64,000 nt of DNA, taken from Bacteroidota bacterium. GTDB taxonomy: Bacteria > Bacteroidota > Bacteroidia > Chitinophagales > LD1. This document shows positions 47,256 through 55,338 of the stretch, one piece after another. The notes under the pieces were generated by a model. It saw only the letters and a program-made list of their open reading frames with translations. It did not search any database and had not been told where the DNA came from. Each line of letters opens with the position of its first letter. Position 1 is the stretch's first letter. Location: positions 20,114 to 84,113 of the forward strand of contig JAOQAO010000041.1 of NCBI GenBank assembly GCA_025963485.1, given 5' to 3'. The position numbers and the translations under genes are program-made.

Positions 47256-49394
47256 TTACATCTTCACAAACCTTTTCTGCACCGATGACTTGCCATCTGA
47301 TACATGGATCATGTAGATGCCGCTTGAGATATTTTGTGTGTCGAATGAAATGTTCTTCTCGCCTGCCTGCAGCTGACCATTGAAGAGTGTCATCACTTCC
47401 CTGCCGGTCATGTCGAGCATATTGATCGTTGCATTGGTGTTGGTGCTATTCATGAGTGAGAGGGTAGCTGATCTTTGTGTTGGATTTGGCTGGATAGTAA
47501 CTGCGCTTATGTTGGACCTGACATGGCCGATACCATCCGGTGACTGGCCGATATTGATATTGTCTACATAGAATTGATTGGCTGCTTTGGCGCTGCCGAG
47601 GACAAACTTAAAGTTGAAATTGGGCACCTGATAGGCAGGCGGGAGATTGATTGTGATATTCTGCCAGTACTCATCCTGCTGACCCGGTACGTATGGGCCT
47701 GTGGAGAATGCGCCGGCATTGAAGAGATTGAAACCTCCTTCGTTATAATAGAGCCTGTTCCACGTATCCCCGCAGTCTCTCGATCCATATACGGCCAGAG
47801 AGGTGATGGAATCACTCATGTGATTGGCATCATAGGTGGCAAATGAATAATCAAATGAAAGGGTCATCGCACTTGGATCTACATTCATGAGGTCAAAAAT
47901 AGGAGAGACCAGTTCATCCCTGTCACCGTCCGTCAATGCATTATACTCGTTTAGCCTGTAGCAGGCATTGCTGTAGTGGCCTACGCCGGTAAAGTACTGG
48001 AAGCTGGTATTGTTATTGTCATAGTTGAGCGCATGCCAGTTGGCCTGGCTGGCAGTAGCATCTTCAAATCCTTCGAAATACGGGGCGGCGATGGCGCTGC
48101 CATCAGAGACGTATACCATTGATTTAACCTTTTGCGAGCTGCCATTTGTGTTGGTGACCTCGAGTGTGACCTGCTGCCAGCCGGGAGTAAAGAATGTCAC
48201 AGTCGGTGACACATCAGTATTGGTAGAGCTACCCAGGTCTGCGTCTGCAGGAAATGTCCATGTTCTGCTTTGTACCTCTGCATTCCACGATACGTCTGTG
48301 AACTTTACAGTCTGTCCGGAGCAGATATACCGGTTATTGACCGCGAAGTCGGCTACCGGTACTGCGCAGGAGTTGGGATTGGGATAGGTGAGTGGCTGAT
48401 CAGTGCCAGTGGCGACCAGATTGGTCTGCGACCAGAGATTGGTCCTGCCGGATATAGGAGAGTTGAGCGCAGCGTGCATCCTTTCGACCTGGCCCTTAGT
48501 AAACATAATGTGACAGGAAGAATAGTTCATGATGTTCTGCGTGTTCTCGAGCACGCCGGGGGTGCAGCTACTGTCTGCGAGATTGCAACTGCCATAACTG
48601 CCATCGGTTAATGGTGTATCGTCTACGAAGTCGTCTCCCGAGCAGTCGACACCAGGATCATTAGTATTGCCCCAGATGTGGGAGAGGTTCATCCAGTGGC
48701 CGCACTCGTGAGCGAGAGTAGGGCGCGACCATGAGTCATTGATCGTGCCTACGCCTACGGACATGACGATGATGCCATCTATGATATCATTATTAACGTA
48801 TTGCGCTACTGAGCCGGGATAGTAAGCATAAGCGAGGGCGGAGTTATTGGCGCGGCTCATGGTTTTGATGACCCAGACGTTGAGGTATTTCTCGCGTGGC
48901 CATGGGTGTTGCTTATTATTGTCATCGCCGTCGTAGGTGCCTTGTGAGTATATGCGCTCGATACCATTTGTGCAGTTGCCAAAAGGATCTATCTGTGCGA
49001 GGCGGAACTCTACCTGCGCATTGCCGATGAGGGTATCGAAGGGAGGTACTACGGTAGGCAGCTCGGGATTGGTCATACTCATGTATTCGTTCCACTGAGA
49101 CATCTCCCTGTATATAGTCGCATCGGAGAGATCCTCCGCGCCGGCATCATGTACTATGTGAAATACGACAGGGACTACGTAAGGACCCGTACGCTGTACA
49201 CCTTGTGCCCTGTTATGGCGGATATATTCACGGGTGAAGGAGTCGAGCTGTGCTTTGGCGATCAGGCGTTCAGGATACTGGTCGTATTGCTTCTGGCTGA
49301 GCTCACCGGCGAGGCAACCGTGCGGTGTCTGCGTCTGAGCCTGTGCACTGCCGATGACTACTATGCATAGCATGAGCAGGTATATGTTTTTCAT
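47256..49394 (-). CDS. M43 (cytophagalysin/pappalysin-like) zinc metalloprotease with T9SS C-terminal domain
   Basis: HECGHWMNLSHIWG (HExxHxxxxxH), a signal peptide, and the tail VTIQPNPTQRSATL...IYMIHV. Confidence 0.85.
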   Translation of the reverse strand: MKNIYLLMLCIVVIGSAQAQTQTPHGCLAGELSQKQYDQYPERLIAKAQLDSFTREYIRHNRAQGVQRTGPYVVPVVFHIVHDAGAEDLSDATIYREMSQWNEYMSMTNPELPTVVPPFDTLIGNAQVEFRLAQIDPFGNCTNGIERIYSQGTYDGDDNNKQHPWPREKYLNVWVIKTMSRANNSALAYAYYPGSVAQYVNNDIIDGIIVMSVGVGTINDSWSRPTLAHECGHWMNLSHIWGNTNDPGVDCSGDDFVDDTPLTDGSYGSCNLADSSCTPGVLENTQNIMNYSSCHIMFTKGQVERMHAALNSPISGRTNLWSQTNLVATGTDQPLTYPNPNSCAVPVADFAVNNRYICSGQTVKFTDVSWNAEVQSRTWTFPADADLGSSTNTDVSPTVTFFTPGWQQVTLEVTNTNGSSQKVKSMVYVSDGSAIAAPYFEGFEDATASQANWHALNYDNNNTSFQYFTGVGHYSNACYRLNEYNALTDGDRDELVSPIFDLMNVDPSAMTLSFDYSFATYDANHMSDSITSLAVYGSRDCGDTWNRLYYNEGGFNLFNAGAFSTGPYVPGQQDEYWQNITINLPPAYQVPNFNFKFVLGSAKAANQFYVDNINIGQSPDGIGHVRSNISAVTIQPNPTQRSATLSLMNSTNTNATINMLDMTGREVMTLFNGQLQAGEKNISFDTQNISSGIYMIHVSDGKSSVQKRFVKM

Positions 49395-49493
49395 TTTGGA
49401 GAGTTTTGATGAATACTCAAAGGAGGCGAAAAAATGTCATATGAACAATGGTGTGACAGTTAAATGACGGAAAGATGACATGTGTGCGAGCGT

Positions 49494-49625
49494 CAGGGAT
49501 AGTAACGAATAGCCCGGAGCGGTAAGATAATCTGCATTAGCGCTGTTTTACTATTCCAGGCTTCTCCCGAATAGGAGAGGTATAACAGCCGCGAGGACTA
49601 GAAGTGGATAGCTCGCCCGGACGCC
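49494..49625. repeat. second copy of the GGGATAG..ATAGCCCGGAGCG / GAGGACTAG..GGATAGC repeat
   Basis: Block-wise match to 2749-2838. Contains the extra hairpin cttctcc-cgaata-ggagagg. Confidence 0.7.
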
Positions 49626-49630
49626 CTATA

Positions 49631-50071
49631 TCAAAGTCCTCCGTCACTGACATCGAGGAAGAGAGTCTTCAGCCCGAGCATCATACCGTAAGCGACGACC
49701 ATATAGAAGGTGGTAGTGATGAGGATGATGCGGACCTCCCATGAGTTGGAGAAGTACTTGCCGGTCATGAGGTAGACGATGCCATACATGAGTATAGCGA
49801 TGAGGAAGTAAAGTATAAAGGAGGTGATAAGATACTTCTTATTGTCAGTGCCGAGGAGGCAGAGCCAGGGGTTGAACATGACGTAGAACACTACGCCGAA
49901 GCAGCCAGCATACATGACCATGTCGTTGGAGTGGAGGATGTATTTGGATACCAAAAGACATACGAGGCCGAGGGTGCCGATAAACAGGAACTGACGGAGG
50001 GGAGTGGCACTTTTGAGCACAGAGGCTGTAAACATCTCTCCCGGCTTGCGTAGATTATCATCTTCTGACAT
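49631..50071 (-). CDS. small 4-TM membrane protein, unknown function
   Basis: Four hydrophobic helices. Lies between the two M43 genes on the same strand. ATG at 50071. Confidence 0.5.
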   Translation of the reverse strand: MSEDDNLRKPGEMFTASVLKSATPLRQFLFIGTLGLVCLLVSKYILHSNDMVMYAGCFGVVFYVMFNPWLCLLGTDNKKYLITSFILYFLIAILMYGIVYLMTGKYFSNSWEVRIILITTTFYMVVAYGMMLGLKTLFLDVSDGGL

Positions 50072-50154
50072 AGCTGGAATATTTGCCCGCAAAGATAACC
50101 TATATAAGCCATAAATGGCTGTAAAATCTATGTAAGACTGACTAAAGTCAGCTA

Positions 50155-52092
50155 CTACTTCTGGACGATGACCTTGCGGATCTCGGTACTGTGGCCGTCT
50201 GTGATGAGAACATTATAGATGCCGGTGGCGGCATTGGGGATATTGACCTCAAAGGAATACATGCCCTCGATGTGGTCATACTCTTCTATCAGGATACTAC
50301 GCCCTATGGCATCGGTGATCTTCAGTGTGACCTTCGGGAGTAGCTCTGACGAAGCGATCATGAGGTGGAATTTGCCGGCACATGGATTGGGGTAAACATT
50401 GTACTGGATCTCAGCTTTGGCGTCTGCTATGCCTGTGGCCTGTGCGGCGTCCTGCCAGGTAGTGGCAGATAGAGCGGCACTAAGCGTGTAGCAGTCCGAA
50501 GCGTGGAAAGCAGTACCACCGCCAGAGACGTGAGCATAATAAGTGCCCACAGGAGCATTGTTGAAAGTGATGTATTCATTGTTAGTTCCATTGTTTTGTG
50601 ATGTAAATAGGAGGTTTCCTTCGATATTATATAGTTTGAGATCGTAGTCAGCAGGGAGGTCGGTGAGAGAGAGTTTGATGTGCGGTTCGATGGCTGTATT
50701 GCTGAATGCAAAGTAGTCCTTGTCATCTGCGGTGCTGATCATGGCATGGATGTCGGTGTTAGTTGCGATGGATTTGGCTGCGGTACGGGACTCGTTTGGC
50801 TCATATATATCGCTGCATGTAGCTGAAGGTGCAGTGGTGAATGAGTTGACCGCAGAATAGGTGCTGCTACCTGTGTGGCAGACCGCCTCTACATGGTACG
50901 TATAGGTAGTACCGGGTGTGAGGCCTGTGAGGTATTTGGCCGTAGATGTAGTGGTAGCGGATGCCCATATGGATGACGCGGATGGTTTGTACTCCAGTAT
51001 ATATGATGTAGCACCGGCTACTGCGGACCAGCGGATCGTATCGGTAGGTGATGATACGATGCCAGTAGTATAGGTAGCAGGTGTAGTGCAGCTGGCGGTG
51101 CCTGAAGAAGGTGGTACACAACCCTGAGAACTCGTCAGCGATGCCCTCGCACCTCCGGGAGCAAAGAGTGACTGTATGCGGGTAGCTTGTCCCGCAGAGA
51201 ACATGAACATACAAGGGTCGTCGGTATAGTCCATAAAGTTCATGAACATATCGCCGGTCGATCCATTAGTACAGGAGATGTGCGGGAAGAGCGGGCAGCC
51301 GAAGTTCTCGCCGGCCTGATTGGGTGTATCGTCTACGTAGTCGGTGCCGGTGCAGGCGCCATTGTCATTGCCCCAGATGTGGTATAGATTCATCCAGTGG
51401 CCTATCTCGTGCGTGGCAGTGCGGCCTTTGTCATAGGGTGCGGATACGGTGCCGGATGTCCCAAATGCAGTATAGTTGATCACTACTCCATCAGTCGCTG
51501 ATGCCCCGCCAGGGAACTGAGAATAACCCAGCAGTCCGCTGCCGAGGTTGCAAACCCACAGATTGAGATAGGAAGATGAAGCCCATGCGTCATCACCTCC
51601 GGTAGAAGTGTGCTTGACAGCGTCCGTGACAGTGAATGAGCTAACGGTAGTAGATGTCCGGACGATACCGTTGGTAGCATTGCCGTTTGGATCGCGCTGC
51701 GCCATGCAGAACTGTATGCCGGGATTGCCCAGTACAGGCTGGAAGGCTGAGGGAGTGCCGGAGCGGTCTGCGTTGGTCGCGCCATAGTCGGCATTGAGTA
51801 CTGCTATCTGGGAGAGTATTTGGGCATCGGAGATGTTTTGAGTGGCATTGGTATAGACCACATGGACTACTACCGGTATCGTAATGGATGAGCGGGAGGC
51901 AGAAGTGCCTCTACCGGCGATAAACCTCCTGGTTTGCTCCTCGATGCCCTGGCGGGTGACGGCGATGGAAGGGTTGTCCGCGATCATTTGGTCCAGGGAC
52001 TCCATGGCGCCACATTTCCTGTGCTGCACCTGTGCCTGCGTAGAAGCGGCAAGGGCGATCAGAAGGAGGGATAAGAGGCAGGTCTTTTTCAT
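50155..52092 (-). CDS. M43 zinc metalloprotease paralogue with FN3-like and pre-peptidase C-terminal-like domains and T9SS tail
   Basis: HEIGHWMNLYHIWG, a signal peptide, and the tail YNVYPNPCAGKFHL...IYNVLITDG. Confidence 0.85.
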   Translation of the reverse strand: MKKTCLLSLLLIALAASTQAQVQHRKCGAMESLDQMIADNPSIAVTRQGIEEQTRRFIAGRGTSASRSSITIPVVVHVVYTNATQNISDAQILSQIAVLNADYGATNADRSGTPSAFQPVLGNPGIQFCMAQRDPNGNATNGIVRTSTTVSSFTVTDAVKHTSTGGDDAWASSSYLNLWVCNLGSGLLGYSQFPGGASATDGVVINYTAFGTSGTVSAPYDKGRTATHEIGHWMNLYHIWGNDNGACTGTDYVDDTPNQAGENFGCPLFPHISCTNGSTGDMFMNFMDYTDDPCMFMFSAGQATRIQSLFAPGGARASLTSSQGCVPPSSGTASCTTPATYTTGIVSSPTDTIRWSAVAGATSYILEYKPSASSIWASATTTSTAKYLTGLTPGTTYTYHVEAVCHTGSSTYSAVNSFTTAPSATCSDIYEPNESRTAAKSIATNTDIHAMISTADDKDYFAFSNTAIEPHIKLSLTDLPADYDLKLYNIEGNLLFTSQNNGTNNEYITFNNAPVGTYYAHVSGGGTAFHASDCYTLSAALSATTWQDAAQATGIADAKAEIQYNVYPNPCAGKFHLMIASSELLPKVTLKITDAIGRSILIEEYDHIEGMYSFEVNIPNAATGIYNVLITDGHSTEIRKVIVQK

Positions 52093-52367
52093 CCGAAGGG
52101 TGGTGTCCTAACAATATAATATGGCCGTGGCCAAAACGCAAGAGCTGACCTCCATTTACAATATTTTAGTTGTAAATTGGATATCAGCTGTTTATACCAT
52201 AGGGTTTACTGATTTTGACTATGAATGTTTCAGTGAAATACATGTTTTGTTCAACATGATGAAAATCAGAGCTGTTCACCGATAAATTCTAACAGGATAA
52301 GGAAACAAAAACTATATTTATCGGGATTCATTAAAGCAATTTTTCATCCCAATATCTTACCGTTCTG

Positions 52368-54626
52368 ATGGCAAAAAAACTCTCTACTCCTGTTTCTGCT
52401 TTTTTTCCTCCTGACTGGCCTAAAGAAGGTCCTATTGATCTTAATATACATGATCTCCCGCATATATCATCTACGACTGAGTGGTGGTACATGCATAGCC
52501 ACATCAAATGCGGGGAAAGGAATTTTTCGCTCTTTGCGTCTTTTTTCAAGTCAGCGTTTGGCTATGACAAGAAAACTAAAAAAGCGGAGTATGGCTACTC
52601 TGTGATATGGGCGATCTCAGACCTGGATAAGCAGAAATACCATACTGTATCCCTGGTGGACCGGAGGGCGCCAAAGATAGGTATCGAAAGAATAAAGAAA
52701 GGACAGCTCGTCAAAGACCCGCACCTCAAACGTGCGGCTCTGGAGATGCTGGAGAAAGGCGTGGTTCCTTATCCTGATGAATTGCTGACACGCGATGTGA
52801 TCATCGCATCTGATAAACTGCATTTGGATTTTGACGGCAATACTTTTACAAAGAAAAAGAATGGCAACTATGTCCTGCATCTGGATCACAAGGAGCTAAA
52901 CATAAGCGCCGACCTGGAGTTTACGCCACAAAAACCGCCTACACGTCACGGTGATAATGGCGTGGTGCGCGGCGTGTCTGCAGAGGATATGTTTTATTAT
53001 TTCATCCCGCGCAATGAAGTCAAAGGCAAACTGAATGTGAAGGGCGAGAAGCTAAAGATCACATCGGCTACGGGCTGGTATGACCATGAGTTTGGTGCGC
53101 ATCCGGAGAAAAAAAATGACGAGCAAAAGAAAGATGTCTCGTGGAACTGGATCGCTGTGCAGCTGAGCAACGGTTGTGAGCTATCTGCATACGACCTGAT
53201 AGACCTAAAGACCGGTGAAGACTGCGGATCTTTTATCATACTCATAGATGAGAAAGGTAATCGCCATCACTCTACAAACTATCACCTGAAACCAGTAGGA
53301 GAGGAGTGGACGAGTACCAGGACATTTAATACTTATCCTACAATGTGGGAGTTAGTAGCTCCTGACTTTAAACTTGACCTGAAGATCGAAGCGGCGTTTC
53401 CAGCGCAGGAGTTTGCCACAGTGATATCCAAGCCTGCCTTCTGGGAGGGAAGAATGAATGCTAAAGGAAAAATGCGCGGAAGGAATGTGACAGGGCCGGC
53501 ATTTATCGAGCGGCATGGTTTTGTAAATAGCTCTGACCTGAATACTTTCCTCAAGGCTGTATCAAAGCAGACGTTGAAGTCTGTTCGCAAAATAATCCCG
53601 CTGTCATTCGGACAGGAGAAATTTGAAGAACTGATCTCTAAGAGAGGCAATAAGCACTTGACAGAAAATATAGACAAGGAGGCATACATCAATACATTCA
53701 TCAAACCTATCCGCGAGATCACGGACCGCAGTGGCAAATCATGGCGCTCATACGCAACCATCGCCTGCTGCGATGTGGTGGGTGGCAACTCGCAAGTCGC
53801 TATAGACTGGCTCGCACTACCGGAGCTGATGCACGTCGGCTCGCTGATGGTAGATGACGTACAGGATGAATCGACTGTACGCAGAGGCGGGCCCACAGCA
53901 CATGTGGTACACGGACAGGCTACAGCGATCAACTCGGGTACAGCGGCCTACTTCCTCGGACAGATATGTATCTATGAGGCAGATATGCACTTTGAGGAAA
54001 AGGTACAGGTATACAACTGGTACTTCGAAGCAATGCGTGCGTCGCATAGCGGACAGGCCATGGATATCAAGGGTCTGGACTATATGATGCCTGAGGCACT
54101 GGTAGATGACAACGTGGCGCGCCTGCTGAGCAAGCGTGTACTGGCTACGCACCGCCTCAAATCGGCCGCACCTGCGAGCTATCTGGCACAGATAGGAGCA
54201 CTCATCGGTGGCGCGTCGAAGGAGCAGATAGCGGGATTGGGAGACTATTATGAGAAGCTGGGCATAGCCTTTCAGATCATAGATGATACCCTCAATCTGA
54301 AAGGGTTTAAGGATCACCTGAAGACAAAGGCAGAAGATATCACAGCGGGTAAGATCACCTATCCTATCGCTGTCGCGATGGCGCATCTGGATAAAGCTGA
54401 TCGCAAAAAACTCTGGAAAATAGTTAGCTCCAAGACAAGCGATATCAAGCAGCTATCCCAGGCGGTAGCGCTGCTCGATAAGCACAAGGTCATAGAAAAA
54501 TGTGAGCGCGAAGCGAGGACCATGCTCGATAAGGCATGGTGGAGGCTCGATCCGCTGATCAAAGACTCAATGGTCAAACTTAATATGCGTGCCTTCGGAT
54601 GGTTCGTACTGGAGAGGACTTACTAA
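52368..54626 (+). CDS. fusion protein: N-terminal AttH/CrtC-like (lipocalin-like hydratase fold) domain + C-terminal polyprenyl diphosphate synthase
   Basis: N-terminal half: TTEWWYMHSHI and GWYDHEFG (AttH/CrtC blocks). C-terminal half: GSLMVDDVQDESTVRRGGPT (first DDxxD) and GIAFQIIDDTLNLKG (second motif reads DDTLN). Confidence 0.7.
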   Translation: MAKKLSTPVSAFFPPDWPKEGPIDLNIHDLPHISSTTEWWYMHSHIKCGERNFSLFASFFKSAFGYDKKTKKAEYGYSVIWAISDLDKQKYHTVSLVDRRAPKIGIERIKKGQLVKDPHLKRAALEMLEKGVVPYPDELLTRDVIIASDKLHLDFDGNTFTKKKNGNYVLHLDHKELNISADLEFTPQKPPTRHGDNGVVRGVSAEDMFYYFIPRNEVKGKLNVKGEKLKITSATGWYDHEFGAHPEKKNDEQKKDVSWNWIAVQLSNGCELSAYDLIDLKTGEDCGSFIILIDEKGNRHHSTNYHLKPVGEEWTSTRTFNTYPTMWELVAPDFKLDLKIEAAFPAQEFATVISKPAFWEGRMNAKGKMRGRNVTGPAFIERHGFVNSSDLNTFLKAVSKQTLKSVRKIIPLSFGQEKFEELISKRGNKHLTENIDKEAYINTFIKPIREITDRSGKSWRSYATIACCDVVGGNSQVAIDWLALPELMHVGSLMVDDVQDESTVRRGGPTAHVVHGQATAINSGTAAYFLGQICIYEADMHFEEKVQVYNWYFEAMRASHSGQAMDIKGLDYMMPEALVDDNVARLLSKRVLATHRLKSAAPASYLAQIGALIGGASKEQIAGLGDYYEKLGIAFQIIDDTLNLKGFKDHLKTKAEDITAGKITYPIAVAMAHLDKADRKKLWKIVSSKTSDIKQLSQAVALLDKHKVIEKCEREARTMLDKAWWRLDPLIKDSMVKLNMRAFGWFVLERTY

Positions 54627-54657
54627 TTGACAATGTAAAATTGACAATTGATAATGG
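54625..54657. promoter_or_regulatory. two copies of the palindrome AATTGaCAAT(T) (operator-like), filling the 27-bp gap between the fusion gene and the GyrI-like gene
   Basis: 54639-54657 is identical over 19 nt to 2846-2864. Another AATTGACAAT lies at 54625-54634. Confidence 0.4.
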
Positions 54658-55139
54658 AACCACGCATAGAAGCAATAGCAGAGAAGAAACTTGCCGGCAA
54701 AAGTCTTCAAATGACTATAGTTCAGGATCGCACCGCGGAGCTATGGCGCAGTTTCATGCCCGAGAGGAAAAAAATAACAAATGCCATAGGCAGTGATCTC
54801 TACTCCCTTCAGGTTTATGATGCAGCGATGGAGTTTAAAGACTTCACTCCGCAAACAGTATTTACGAAATGGGCGTTGCAAGAGGTGTCCAATCTTAATG
54901 AGGTACCTGAGGGAATGCTGTCATTTGTATTGACGGGCGGACTCTATGCTGTATTTAACTATAAAGGCAGGCCGCAAGATTATGCGCCCACCTTTCAATA
55001 CATATTTTCCGAGTGGATGCCTCTGTCAGGATATGAGGTGGATAAAAGGCCGCACTTCGAGCTACTCGGAGAGAAGTACAAAAACAATGACCCGGATTCG
55101 GAAGAGGAGATATGGGTGCCTATAAAGAAGAGGATATAA
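54654..55139 (+). CDS. GyrI-like small-molecule-binding domain protein
   Basis: MEPRIEAIAEKKLAG..., YAVFNYKG, and HFELLGEKY...EEEIWVPIK fit the GyrI-like/AraC-effector-binding layout. ATG at 54654. Confidence 0.6.
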   Translation: MEPRIEAIAEKKLAGKSLQMTIVQDRTAELWRSFMPERKKITNAIGSDLYSLQVYDAAMEFKDFTPQTVFTKWALQEVSNLNEVPEGMLSFVLTGGLYAVFNYKGRPQDYAPTFQYIFSEWMPLSGYEVDKRPHFELLGEKYKNNDPDSEEEIWVPIKKRI

Positions 55140-55180
55140 GCCCTTTCGTTATTAGGTTTTCATTATTCCCTATTGATTTA

Positions 55181-55188
55181 TATATTTG
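55181..55188 (+). promoter_or_regulatory. candidate -7 box (TATATTTG) for the tRNA
   Basis: Matches the TAnnTTTG consensus, 15 nt upstream of the tRNA 5' end. Confidence 0.35.
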
Positions 55189-55203
55189 TCGTCCTTCGAA
55201 AAG

Positions 55204-55278
55204 GGGTTTTTAGCTCAGCTGGTTCAGAGCGCTACGTCGACAACGTAGAGGTCATTGGTTCGAACCCAATAAGACCCA
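55204..55278 (+). tRNA. tRNA-Val (anticodon GAC)
   Basis: I folded the cloverleaf by hand. Acceptor stem gggtttt/aagaccc; D arm gctc/gagc; anticodon stem ctacg/cgtag; loop tcGACaa. Variable loop aggtc; T arm attgg-ttcgaac-ccaat; discriminator A. No encoded CCA. Confidence 0.85.
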
Positions 55279-55295
55279 CACTTCATTTATGATTT

Positions 55296-55333
55296 AAGAT
55301 TGCTGATTTACGATTTATCAGCAATCTTATTTT
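55296..55333. terminator. bidirectional terminator between the tRNA and the fadB-like gene
   Basis: 12-bp stem aagattgctgat/atcagcaatctt followed by attttg. Confidence 0.65.
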
Positions 55334-55338
55334 GACCT

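Noticed and set aside
53333-54386. 199-aa and 189-aa minus-strand ORFs inside the fusion gene.
   Set aside because: They are shadow ORFs opposite a region with clear polyprenyl synthase motifs on the plus strand.
55284-55300. The string atttatgatttaagatt recurs as atttatgatttaggatt at 57471-57487, so the two copies bracket the fadB-like gene like direct repeats.
   Set aside because: The match is short, AT-rich and imperfect, with no further flanking similarity. It is compatible with chance or with shared terminator/promoter composition.
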